DNA from: Octopus bimaculoides
Taxonomy: Eukaryota
Direction: 5' to 3'
DNA length: 35,122 nt
NCBI RefSeq assembly: GCF_001194135.2
Contig: NC_068996.1
Span: 20,588,487-20,623,608, forward strand
Shown: positions 11,844 to 23,249 of the stretch, in pieces
Position numbering within the stretch: position 1 is the first letter of the stretch
Layout of the letters: each line of letters opens with the position of its first letter
Notes under the pieces: generated by a model
What the model was told of the DNA's origin: nothing
Database searches by the model: none
The model's input: only the letters and a program-made list of their open reading frames with translations
Position numbers and translations under genes: made by a program

Positions 11844-11898
11844 AATGAAAAGAAAGGAAAAATTTGAAAAAAAGGAAAAGATTATAGCCAGTACTTAC

Positions 11899-12060
11899 CA
11901 TACATACAAACGCCCTTTCTGGGTGATTGCCATAACATACGGACCATTGCAATCCAGAACAGAGACTCGTGAATTCAGAATAAGGCTTGGAAACATTTTC
12001 CGTCCACCAGTAGAGAAAAATGTAATGGAACAATCTTCACATGCAACACAAGCAACGTGA
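11899..12060 (-). CDS. HIRA: HIRA exon: HVACVACEDCSITFFSTGGRKMFPSLILNSRVSVLDCNGPYVMAITQKGRLYV(W)
   Basis: 162 nt, tttatttctag acceptor, TG|GTAAGT donor, phase 2 to 2. Matches human VVCVACE...YVMALT...SVW. Absent from the ORF track. Confidence 0.95.
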
Positions 12061-12779
12061 CTAGAAATAAAATGTATTTTATGAGGCAGACTGGATATAA
12101 AGAGTTTAAAGGGCCTTTCAAAACCAAAGTATATGTATTAATCTTAAATATACGTGAGAGGTGGGAAAAAATCTCAATAAACTTGAAAGTCAAGGTTGGG
12201 AGATAATTAATCAAAGAGTTGCTAGATAAAACATTGGTTTTACTGTCATTTTACAGTTGAATATTTAGAGGAAGAATATTCCAGTATAAAGACATTTTAC
12301 CAAATAATACATCTTTGATATGTAATCTCAGTAAAACAGTTTAAATAAGTCATGTCTATCATATGTGTGGCTTCACAAAGGTGTATGTATGTTTGCAGTA
12401 GACTAACTAGCAGTTGTAACCTAAATTCTAAAACTATGCGTTTTTAAGATTTTGTAACATATTGGGAACATAAAAAAAAAAATTCTCTTTGAATAGTAAA
12501 AGTATATACACCCATTCTATTAAATATAAATAGAACACTTTCTAAACTAGCCATGATAAAGAATATGAAGTATGATTCTTCTATATAGAAACATATGTGC
12601 TAAAATTATTAATGAAATTTTGCACAAGAGTAGTAATAAGGTAGGAACAGCAGGGTGTGGGAATAAACAACACTGTACAACAATACCCCATACAAACGTG
12701 TATGTGTGTGTACTCACACGCACTCATACAAAGTGTGGCAACACTAACAAAACAGATTTTGTCCATAATTTACACCGGT

Positions 12780-13290
12780 AAACCATATAGAATTCCTATC
12801 TATTCCTTTTCAGAATTCTGTCTTCTTTCCTACTTGCTCTAAAGTTTGGGTTTGTGCTAAGTTTACTTTGAGGCCTTGTGTTTCCACATTTTGCTTCAAT
12901 TCCTGAAATGTCTTCTATAGATTTAACCAAGTCATTGTGTACAAGAGTCCTCTCTGGCAGCTTGTTTCAAATTCCTGTTATGGTCTAGAAGACTAGACTG
13001 GAAGGGCTGAAAATCGAACCATGATGTACCCTTTCTGCAAGCTTCATTTGTTGTTCAACTCAATGCACTTGCGCTTTATAAAACCCTCATAAACCACTTG
13101 AACTACACCTTGTATCTTTAGCGATCATCAGATTAGAGTGTGAAACTCTGTCAAAAGCTTTCTCCAGATCAATGAATGATATGTATAGAAGCTTACTCTA
13201 TGTTAATTCTTCTCCTGCATTTGTCCCACTAAGGAGATGGCATCAACAGTACTCCTTTCTGGAACAATTCTGAACTGTTTGTTACCTAAA
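12780..13290 (-). mobile_element. Decayed LINE (RTE-like) reverse transcriptase fragment
   Basis: Minus strand reads LYISFIDLEKAFDRVSH at about 13137-13187; flanking frames are broken. Confidence 0.8.
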
Positions 13291-13858
13291 TAAATTCTAC
13301 TTCTAAATAATTGTAACTTTCACATACACATTCATACAGACAGGATGTGGAAAAAAGAAGAAAAAACCCCACAAATGATTTTAAAATATTGCCATTACAT
13401 TGTTCCACATCATCTCTGTCATTTTAACATCCACTTTCCCATGCTTGCATGAATCAGATGAAGTTTACTGAGACACTGCATGCCCTCCTTGTCACCAACC
13501 TTCACCTGTTTCCAATCAAGGTAATATTTCTCTATGGCCAGATATGTTTACATAGAATATGAGAAACAAATACTGTTGATTGTACGACAGCGACACTCAC
13601 AACTTTTATGCAATGTCAAGACAAGGAGACACAAATACTTTCATGCCTACACACACATACATTCACTATGGGCTGTTTTTCAGTTTCCATTTACACATAC
13701 CCAAAGTGATATGCCATGACACTGAACTTGAAACCATGAGGTTGGGAAGCAAAATTCTTAACCACACAGCTATACTTATTCCACACTGAATGGATTTTTT
13801 TTTTAAATTTAAATTATTTTTATATTTCTACTTTTTTTAGAAAGTGGATATAACTCAC

Positions 13859-14019
13859 CTAGAACCAGCAACACAGACTGCACGAGAGGGAAGTAACTGT
13901 TCCCAGCATGACGTACCACCTCGCTGTAACCGTACACGGTGTACTGTAGTAGGACCAAAGTGTATGCTGTTGTCAACTTCAATGACTGTGGTGTTGTGAT
14001 CTGAAAGGCGTCCTCCAAT
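13859..14019 (-). CDS. HIRA: HIRA exon, C-terminal domain: IGGRLSDHNTTVIEVDNSIHFGPTTVHRVRLQRGGTSCWEQLLPSRAVCVAGS(S)
   Basis: 161 nt, ttctgtggcag acceptor, AG|GTGAGT donor, phase 0 to 2. Aligns by eye with human IEVENE...WETVLTSRILTAAGS. Confidence 0.93.
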
Positions 14020-14303
14020 CTGCCACAGAAACAATAAGGATAACATTAGGTTATATATATATTCTAGGCATACAGACAGACATAGACATGTCATTCATCA
14101 TCATTTTACTTCCATTTTGCCAGGTTAGTAGCACTTGGACTCTACATTGTAATACAAAATATAGATTCATTCTATAATAATGGATACATATTCTCATTTA
14201 ACGTGTATGTCCAACCCAGCACAGAACATATATGGATGTTAAAAGATAATAATGATAAGAAACAATATATATGTGAGCATGTGTATGCGTGTGTGTAAAT
14301 AGA

Positions 14304-14857
14304 CAGAGTTATTAAAAAATGAGCCAAATTTATTATGCAATATTTTAAGAAGGAAAAGCAATAGAAAATTCCAGCTAAGTCACAAGTATTTAATCACAGT
14401 CCACTTCTATTTCTTGTCTGACAAGTGTTCAATGTGGCCACCACCTGCGGCATGGGCAACTTCAATGCGTTAAGAGAATTCCTCCCAGACGTGTATCAGC
14501 ATATCATGATTCACTGAGATGATCGGTGTTGTTATTCGATGTTTAAGGTCACCGAGGTTAGAGGATTGCGTTTATGTTCCACTGCTACCCACTAACTTCG
14601 ATGACCTTAAACATCGAATAACAACAGCGATCAACTCAGTGGATTGTGATAGGCTTATAAGGGTCTGGGAGGAATTCTCTTATCACATTGATGTTGCCCA
14701 TGCTGCAGGTGGTGGCCACATTGAAGACAGGAAATAAAAGTTGATAGTGAGTAAATACTTGTGACTTAGCTGGAGTTTTCTATTGCTTTTCCTGATAAAA
14801 ATATTGCATACTGAAATCAGTTCATTCNNNNNNNNNNCATTCTTTTTGAATAACCCC

Positions 14858-14858
<1 letters not shown>
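14304..14858. mobile_element. Foldback (palindromic) Tc1/mariner-derived element made of two inverted copies of a transposase 3' end
   Basis: 14304-14561 is the reverse complement of 14592-14858 (about 80-85% identity by eye). The right arm encodes ...DCVYVPLLPTNFDDLKHRITTAINSV...GGGHIE. The end CGGGGTTATTCAAAAAG abuts TA/(TA)n. Confidence 0.88.
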
Positions 14859-14922
<64 letters not shown>

Positions 14923-14962
14923 TAAATAAATAAATACACACACACAGGATACATATACTCAC

Positions 14963-15000
14963 AAAAATATCATTGTCATTCAAAGCCCTGGTACATCCAG
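14963..15000 (-). CDS. Candidate cassette exon B: (S)GCTRALNDNDIF
   Basis: 38 nt, ccctttttacag acceptor, TTT|GTGAGT donor. Phase 1 to 0 restores frame with candidate exon A. Confidence 0.3.
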
Positions 15001-15167
15001 CTGTAAAAAGGGACCATGTAATAATATGATAAACTGTTGTAGGGGAACTCTGCTTACTGTACGTACAGACCACAGAGTGAAAACTACTATCACAACATCA
15101 TGAAAAGACCATCTTTCTTACTGAGCCGGGAGAACCATATAAAATCCATCACTGCAATAACACTTAC

Positions 15168-15264
15168 AGAATCCAAACCCCATGCTGGGATGTACAACAT
15201 TGACAATAAGTGTAGAGGAAGAGAAACTGGTGCACTCTGACCCAGTCCACTTTGTCTTCCTCTG
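15168..15264 (-). CDS. Candidate cassette exon A: QRKTKWTGSECTSFSSSTLIVNVVHPSMGFGF
   Basis: 97 nt, tttgtttgcgtcttcag acceptor, TCT|GTAAGT donor, open in phase 0, ends in phase 1. No homology recognised. Confidence 0.3.
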
Positions 15265-15561
15265 CTGAAGACGCAAACAAAATCAATGGTCATACAGAAA
15301 TAGACTAGAGTAGTCAATGTACAATTCATCCAGATTGTCACATTATGCTGCATTCATTTCCCCATTGCATACTAAAGTGCACAGTGTGGTTCTCAGCTAG
15401 AACAAATTTGAGTGGCGTATGTATAATGGTTGACAACAGAACAGTCCAATCAGAGATTAAACAAGACTATAAACTATGTCAACAGTAAAAAAAAAAAAAT
15501 ACTAACAATATGCCGCAGAGTCAAATTTCACAGGTGTAAAACAGGAAAAAGAAAAAGTTAC

Positions 15562-15654
15562 CTGTTTACTAAATGATTTCTGTATAGTTATTAAAGGTAA
15601 ATGAAGATCAGTGTCAGTTGAAAGGCGATGTCCTAATTCTTCTTTACCAGCAGG
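15562..15654 (-). CDS. HIRA: HIRA exon: PAGKEELGHRLSTDTDLHLPLITIQKSFSKQ
   Basis: 93 nt, ttacag acceptor, CAG|GTAACT donor, phase 0 to 0. Resembles human LKLPIPSPQRAFTLQ as recalled. Confidence 0.88.
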
Positions 15655-16812
15655 CTGTAAAAGCAGAAATGAAAGAAACATGGGAATCATTATGTCATCA
15701 GAAGATGTGATTTCTTGCACAGTATTAGACTCTTAACCATTTCCATTTGTAAAAACAAAAAGGAAATACAACTGTTAATGAAGAAACTTCTAGATAACAA
15801 TGCATGTATATATCACACTATAACAATGAATAATGTATACCATTCCATACAACGTATATTCTATAATAAATCAACAACAATATATTGTACAAGCCAATGA
15901 GAGCCACTACTTGGTCATTTGTTCCAATAGAAAAAGCAGACAAATCTCCTTCAAAACAAAAAAAAGGGACCAAATACACGGGTTAATGTAGTCTTAGATA
16001 TGTAATCATCATCATCGTTTAACGTCCGCTTTCCATGATGGCATGGGTTGGATGGTTTGAGTGAGGACTGGTGAGCCAGAGGCTGCACCAGGCTCAATCT
16101 GATCTGGCAAGGTTTCTACAGCTGGATGCCCTTCTTAACGCCAACCACTCCAAGAGTGTAGTGGGTGCTTTTTACGTGCTACCGGCACGAGGGCCAGTCA
16201 GGCATATCTGGCAACGACCATGCTCAAAAAGAGTTTTTATGTGCTACCTGCATAGGGGCCAGTCCGGCGGCACTGGCAACAACCACGCTAGAATGTTGTT
16301 TTTCACATGCCACCGGCATATGTGCCGGTAAGGCGATGCTGGCAACGATCACACTCGAATGGTGCTTTTCACATGTCAGCGGCACAGGAGCCAATCCGTG
16401 GCCCTGGCAACAATCATGCTCGGATATGCTTCTTTTAATATTCCACTGGCATGAGTGCCCATCAAGTGGTACTGTCATCGGCCACATCAGTGATCTTTAG
16501 CATTCAGGTTTCTTTCTGAAATATAATGCTTATTTATTCACATTGTTTTGAATTAATTCTGCATTGTCTTACAGCCTCAAGATTTCAATGATGGTATTGT
16601 ATATTTTTAGAAAGACATTGTAGGGGAGGTGTGAAACGATGGATCTAGTCAGTTTTAGCATAAAACACAGAATATTAGGGTCGGTTATGGTCGGTTTAAA
16701 TGCTAAAGGGTTAAGCAGGACAACAGGACAAGATAGTCATGGTCAAAACACCATCAGTCAAAGTGTTTAGTCTGAAGAGCTGACTTAAGACTAAAGTTGA
16801 TAGTAGTGTTAT

Positions 16813-16877
<65 letters not shown>

Positions 16878-16913
16878 CATTAGGAATGAAAATATATTAA
16901 TGAATAATCTTAC

Positions 16914-17064
16914 TGAGTTCGGTGATTGTGATGAAGCTGAATTTAATAATGGGTATTTACGAGGTCTACCAACACGACCACCTCCCTCAAATTTTCGTTT
17001 CACTGGAAGTGTGGATTTTAATCTATTTTTCTTTTCTTCTAAGCATGATGATGATGGAGTTAAC
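16914..17064 (-). CDS. HIRA: HIRA exon with basic NLS/AT-hook-like motif: LTPSSSCLEEKKNRLKSTLPVKRKFEGGGRVGRPRKYPLLNSASSQSPNS
   Basis: 151 nt, polyT-cacccag acceptor, TCA|GTAAGA donor, phase 2 to 0. KRK...GRPRK as in human HIRA. Confidence 0.9.
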
Positions 17065-17222
17065 CTGGGTGAAAAAAAAAAGGGTAAATGTTTTACAAAA
17101 ATATTAATTGTTGAATTACATATTATCTAACACCATTATATAAAGGTGTGTTTTGTCTAAAATATATTGCTCTAAATGTAAATACAAAACATTCCAATCC
17201 ATATGAACACACTTACATATCG

Positions 17223-17414
17223 AGACAAGACATACCACTTAATAATAATATCAACATATCTAAGATTTACACTTTAGTTATATATTAATGGAGTTAGATA
17301 AGACACACCACTCTAAAAATACATCAACATATTTAACACCATTAGTATTATGATAACTAAAGTGTTGAACCTTAGACAAAACACCACTCTGTATCAATAC
17401 ATCAACATATCTAA
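17223..17414. repeat. Three diverged 41-bp direct repeats separated by 32- and 37-bp spacers
   Basis: Units at 17223-17263, 17296-17336 and 17374-17414, consensus about AGACAARACACACCACTCT..ATACATCAACATATCTAA. Confidence 0.85.
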
Positions 17415-17493
17415 TTAAAAATAATGTTTATGTCATGCACAATTTTACTAAGCTTGTACATCTCAAACAATATAAGTAAATTTTGAAACTTAC

Positions 17494-17532
17494 CTGTCTC
17501 CAGGAAATAACTTCTTTTTCTCCACCATCTCC
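17494..17532 (-). CDS. HIRA: HIRA 39-nt microexon: EMVEKKKLFPGD(R)
   Basis: aattttag acceptor, strong CAG|GTAAGT donor, phase 2 to 2, open in the required frame. Confidence 0.7.
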
Positions 17533-18637
17533 CTAAAATTATAATAATCAAAATACATTATACACACACACACACATATATATATATGTATATACCTGTA
17601 TTTGTTCACAGAGACATTACTTATTTTACACTATGCTACCTGCTTACAGTTATGTGGAGTGTTGACAGTTAAGTGTGTTGGTCATGGAAAGTGTTTCACT
17701 GTTGACTCGTGATAGACCGGTCCACGTAACTGCAAATAGGTACCAAAGAGTGGAATATTTTACCCATATTTACAGCAGCACTAAAATTGTCAAATGTTTG
17801 AGAGTTGAAGAATGGTAACTTGAATTCATTCTGTTAGCGTAGGTAACAGTTTTGAGTATCCACCAATATTTCTTGTGTGTGTGTATATCCATCCTCCTCC
17901 TACTAATTCTGTTTCTATGCTTGCATGGGTTGGGTGGTTTAACCAGAGCTAGCAAGCCAGAGAGCTGCACCAGGTTCCAGTCAAATTTGGCTTGGTTTCT
18001 ATGGTTTCTTTTGTAACACCAACAACTTTACAGTGTGTGCTTTTATGGGGTGCCAGTACAAGACTCTTGCAGGGCAATCCTCTTCACCTGGGCGAATATA
18101 TATATATATATATANNNNNNNNNNNNNNNNNNNNNNNNNNNNNNNNNNNNNNNNNNNNNNNNNNNNNNNNNNNNNNNNNNNNNNNNNNNNNNNNNNNNNN
18201 NNNNNNNNNNNNNNNNNNNNNNNNNNNNNNNNNNNNNNNNNNNNNNNNNNNNNNNNNNNNNNNNNNNNNNNNNNNNNNNNNNNNNNNNNNNNNNNNNNNN
18301 NNNNNNNNNNNNNNNNNNNNNNNNNNNNNNNNNNNNNNNNNNNNNNNNNNNNNNNNNNNNNNNNNNNNNNNNNNNNNNNNNNNNNNNNNNNNNNNNNNNN
18401 NNNNNNNNNNNNNNNNNNNNNNNNNNNNNNNNNNNNNNNNNNNNNNNNNNNNNNNNNNNNNNNNNNNNNNNNNNNNNNNNNNNNNNNNNNNNNNNNNNNN
18501 NNNNNNNNNNNNNNNNNNNNNNNNNNNNNNNNNNNNNNNNNNNNNNNNNNNNNNNNNNNNNNNNNNNNNNNNNNNNNNNNNNNNNNNNNNNNNNNNNNNN
18601 NNNNNNNNNNNNNNNNNNNNNNNNNNNNNNNNNNNNN

Positions 18638-18772
18638 AGGACTTATTCTTTGTAAGCCTAGTACTTATTCTATCGGGTATCTTTTTGCCGAACCACTAAG
18701 TTACAGGGACATAAACACACCAGCATCGGTTGTCAAGCGATGTTGGGGGGGGCCAAACATAGACACACAAAC

Positions 18773-18803
<31 letters not shown>

Positions 18804-18974
18804 CATATATACGACGGGCTTCTTTCAGTTTCTGTCTACCAAATCCACTCACAAGGCTTTGGTCGGCCCGAGGCTATAGTAGAAGACACTTGCCAAAGGT
18901 GCCACGCAGTGGGACTGAACCTGGAACCATGTGGTTGGTAAGCAAGCTACTTACCACACAGCCACTCCTGCGCC
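18638..18974 (-). mobile_element. SINE family B (tRNA-like head GGCGCAGGAGTGGCTGTGTGGTAAG, internal TG/TA tract), well-preserved copy
   Basis: Related copies inside the window at about 1825-2150(+), 6331-6695(+), 8480-8575(+), 8728-9095(+), 23080-23190(-), 30592-30745(+), 32250-32390(-), 34590-34680(+). Confidence 0.85.
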
Positions 18975-19457
18975 TATTCATTTATTTACATGTTTATTTA
19001 TTTTGATTACTCATACATATGATTGTAATTAATAAATAAATAGATCCAAATGAATGTTTACAGGCTGATGTTTGTCGCTTGATAATCCTCTCTATTTTCT
19101 TATTTGACATATATATATATATATATATATATGATCACTATCATCATTTAACATATTTTCTACGCTGGCATAGGTTTGACACACACACACATCAATCAGG
19201 TTGAGCAATAGCTGTTGTCAAAATGAATGACAAAATTCCAAAGTTGGACTAGCAGAGGTTCTAAAAAATTTTTTTTTAAACCAGCAATTTTGATTATGGT
19301 TGTGTAACAAAATTGTTATTTCTTAACTCATCTTGCAAACAGAAAATGTTACATGTAAACCCCTATTGTGGAAATCATAAGTTGGTAGCTTTAAAATATT
19401 TGTGTTAATACTATATAATGAACTTAACAATAAAGAAAAAAAAATGTTTCTCATCAC

Positions 19458-19552
19458 CTTTCCATAACAGCTTTAACTTTGGCAGTAATTTTTTCATTGA
19501 ATTTATCTTTAACTTTGAGAGGAATTCTGTTGGCCCCTAATGCTGTGATGGG
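19458..19552 (-). CDS. HIRA: HIRA exon: PITALGANRIPLKVKDKFNEKITAKVKAVME(R)
   Basis: 95 nt, ttttcttcttttgcag acceptor, AG|GTGATG donor, phase 0 to 2, fits neighbouring exons. Confidence 0.8.
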
Positions 19553-20032
19553 CTGCAAAAGAAGAAAACATACAGATAACAGGGATACATGAAATGCACA
19601 CATATATGCATATATATTACAATCATAGAGATAGAAGCCGAAAGTATGTGCATGCAGACATTTGGGTTCCATGCTCAATACAATCCTGTCGAGTCAGCAC
19701 TTGTTATTTTATCCCACTTTGTCTCAATATCACTCTTCCTTCTGTTGTATCATTCCACATATTATACATAATCACCATTTCTGTAGTCAGTCATCACTTC
19801 CTCTGTAATTCTTTTGACATCCAACTGTCATTGTTAACATCACCCTCTTTCATCACTATTATCAATCCCTATTTACCTCTGACTAGATCTACTTCCATTC
19901 TAACCCTTGATTTCTCATTCATATACACAACTACTAACCATCCTTTCTGATTCTTCTGTCACTGCATTCTGTTCTATTCACTTCCTTACACATGTTACCA
20001 CAAGGGTATGTTCTGACTCTTATTATCTATAT

Positions 20033-20289
20033 CAGGGGTTTTCAAACTGTGGTCCGTGGACAGCAAATACTTTTTATGGGCAATTTGATTTTATATATGT
20101 TTTTTAATCGAAATCTTTTAATTGACAATAAACCTATTTGTTAAATACTGTTAAATAAATAAATGTAAAAATATATGTTATTTTAAGCAAATATTTATGT
20201 ATAAATTTCATAAGCGTTTATAAGGGGGTCCCTAAGGTAAAGCCTGAAATATAAAGGGGTCCACAAGTCAAAAAGTTTGAAAACCCCTG
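20033..20289. mobile_element. hAT (Charlie-like) MITE, 257 bp
   Basis: Perfect 16-bp TIR CAGGGGTTTTCAAACT and perfect 8-bp TSD ATCTATAT (20025-20032 and 20290-20297). Confidence 0.93.
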
Positions 20290-21239
20290 ATCTATATCAC
20301 TCTTTTGCCATATTCCAACTCACCCATACAAAACCCAGAACATCTTCCTACTCTAACCATCCCATTGACTTTCTCACTACCCCTGACACTTCTCTTTCCT
20401 TCCTATTATTCAATTCTCCTCCCTAACACTCTTTCACAAAAATAAATTTGTTCTTCCTATCAAACGTCTTGACACCATGGGAGATATGTTGATATTATTA
20501 TCAAGTGGTATGGTCATGCTAATCTTGTCTCTGAACACAGACGAGGAGAGGGGGTGGTGGCAAAAAACAAAAAGAACCCTCTCAAGCATTACTCATTAAG
20601 AAATCACCACTACATCATACACTCTCCAAACATGAGTTGCAATTGACTATTTATTCCAAATGCTGAACATCATTATCACTGTAGATCTCTGGTGACAACT
20701 ACTTTCCAGCCTCTGTCCAACAAGCGTGCTGTTTCTACTGCTTCTAAGATGGCCCCTACACCTTGGAGCTAGTTCATCTCTCCCCCCTCTCATCATCCTT
20801 GTTGTGCCACAACTCTGGCCTAACTAATAATTATGTCTAGTCTTTCCTCCCAAGAACACCATCCCTTTGGAATCCTCATTTTTGTATGTGCTAATTGTCA
20901 ACTTGAAGCAGTTTAAACAGCATTAATAGCATCAGCTGCAATGGGCCTACACAGTTCACAAGCACTGCTGCTTCATCCAGACTAAACAAATAAAATAAAT
21001 TGTGTGTATGTGTGTAAGATACAAGAGTTTGGTTCAAGGAATCTAGCAATAAGCACTCCAGCTTAATTATAGAAATAAATTTCTATGTCTACTTGAATGA
21101 CCAGTGCCAGAGAAGGAATATCATGTACATATGCTCTGTATATGTACTCAATAAAACACATGTTGATAATAGCACAACTTCTAAATTTAAATTCCAACTA
21201 CTTAAAGTTAGCCATCCAAGCATTCAAGAGTGTCTATTT

Positions 21240-22600
21240 CCAATATGTTGACAGTCCAATATGTTGAACTGCTCCAGTGCATCTATCAGATATGAAGCTG
21301 ATGTTCTCAACTAGGCTACCTGTGATTCTCCTACAACTATTATGTGTCTATGGCTTACATTGGTTCAGCATACATAGTTATATCTTCTCTTTTTCTGAAA
21401 ATCAAATAAAGTAATTTTCCTGAAGATATTAGGGTCCTGTCATCTTTCATATTTACTAAAACCTTTATCTTTACTAAGTTTATCTTAAGAGCTCTCAATT
21501 CTAGGTTTAGCTTCCATGCCTGGAACTTCAACTCTAATACCACTTTTGGTTAAGCTATGAGAACTACATCAGGAGTCAGTAAACTGGGATAAATTACCCC
21601 AAGTGGGGTAAAAACGAAACTCTTGGGGGTAATGTGGACTCATTAGACATAAGCAAAATTACATAAAAAACATGTTCTTTGTTACACCAGAAATTTTTCT
21701 TCTGCCGACATCGCATCTGTCCAATAATGGACTTGTAAATAGATTCAATAAACCTTTTGAATTCAAAGAATCCTTGATTTTCTTCCTTTCATATCAAAGG
21801 GGCAATATTGGTGCAAATAAATATATTTTGGGGTAATTGGTTAAAAAAAAAGCTCCCTGATCCTTGAACTAGATCATCAGCATGTAGGGGTTCCCATGGA
21901 TAGCCAGTCCTAAACTCTTCAGTGATGGATTGTTGAACTTTGATGAATAGGAGGGATCTGAGAACTGAACCTTGATGGACTCCAACTCTCACACCAAATT
22001 TCTCACTGAAGTCATTGATGACTCTCACTTTACTTACTTGTACAGCTCTCACAAGCTATTCATCAACACTGAGTTCCTTAGTACCCACTTGATTACTGTA
22101 TGCTGTACCTTGTTAAACACCTCTCCCAAATTAACAAAAACCAGGAATAAAAGTTTACTCTTAGCCAAGTTACCTCAGTAAAAATCAAACATGAAATCAA
22201 ACTGCATCTGCTCTAAGGCTGTGGTATCACGAATCAATTCTGCTATGGCTCTCCCTAAAGCATCTCCTTAGTCTTTCCAGCAGTTTATCGTGATACTGTT
22301 ACACTAATCATTGAATATGACTCTCTTCTGAATAACTTGATTAACCATCTGGGTGATAATCATGCATCCTACCTCACCAGATATTTTAACTATATCTGCA
22401 ACCATCTCTAATGGACTTGCAGCTTTCTCTTCTTTCATGTCCTTGATTGTTTTATCTATTATATTGCTGTCAACTTGATTGCTGGTCCCTCAGGTAGTTT
22501 CTTGTTGTCTTCAGGTATTTTTTTACCAGATGCCATTTGGCCATCCAGATAGAGAGAAGTTCACCACAGTTACCCGAGTACCGAAAACATAAAGAGATAG
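21240..22600 (-). mobile_element. Decayed RTE-clade LINE RT region with an internal ~290-bp insertion
   Basis: Reads VGVHQGSVLRSLLF...GYPWEPLHADDLV, resuming after the insertion as VLIA*PKVVLELKFQAWK...INLVKIKVLV. The upstream (higher-coordinate) boundary is approximate. Confidence 0.85.
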
Positions 22601-23249
22601 AACAAATACTGTAAAACATTTGGACCAACATTAATGATTCGGCGAATCTATTGCCCTGGAATGGTATTTAATTTTAACAACCCCAGACAGACAAAAGGCA
22701 AAGTTGATCTCAGAAAGATTTGAAGTCTTTTTGCCACCTATCTGAATATTGAGATCAAAAACAAGAATTTATGTGGAATATTTATTTTGAAATCATTGAC
22801 TTAATTATCAAACATCATTGTAATGATAATTTAATGTCTAGTTTTTCATGCTTGCTTTTGGCTTTTGGCAGACTGAATTTGTTAAAGCAGATTCTCTACA
22901 AATGGAAACCTTTCCTGTCAACTTTTACCTGTTTTTAAATAAGGTAATATTTCCCCATGGCCAAATGTGTTTCCATGGAAGACTAGAAGCAAGCAACATT
23001 GCTTGTATGATGGTGATGCTTGTTTACAATAATCATGCGCTGTCAAGAAAAGGGTGTGTACTCACACATCTACTCATAAAGCTTTGATCAGCCCAGGGGT
23101 ACAGTAAAAGACACTTGCTCAGGGTGCCACTAACTGGAACTAAACCAGAGACCACATGCTTGGGAAGCAAGCTTCTCAACCATGCCTGTGCCTCAAACAT
23201 ACACACACCTAAACCAAACTAATAATTGTGCAAATTACTAAAAAAATAC

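Noticed and set aside
16900-17130. Plus-strand ORFs 16900..17130 and 16922..17107
   Set aside because: Antisense shadows of HIRA exon 16914-17064.
17223-17414. CRISPR array (41-bp repeats with 32-37-bp spacers)
   Set aside because: Eukaryotic intron, only three diverged repeats, spacers related to each other by inversion, and no cas genes. Reported as a repeat finding instead.
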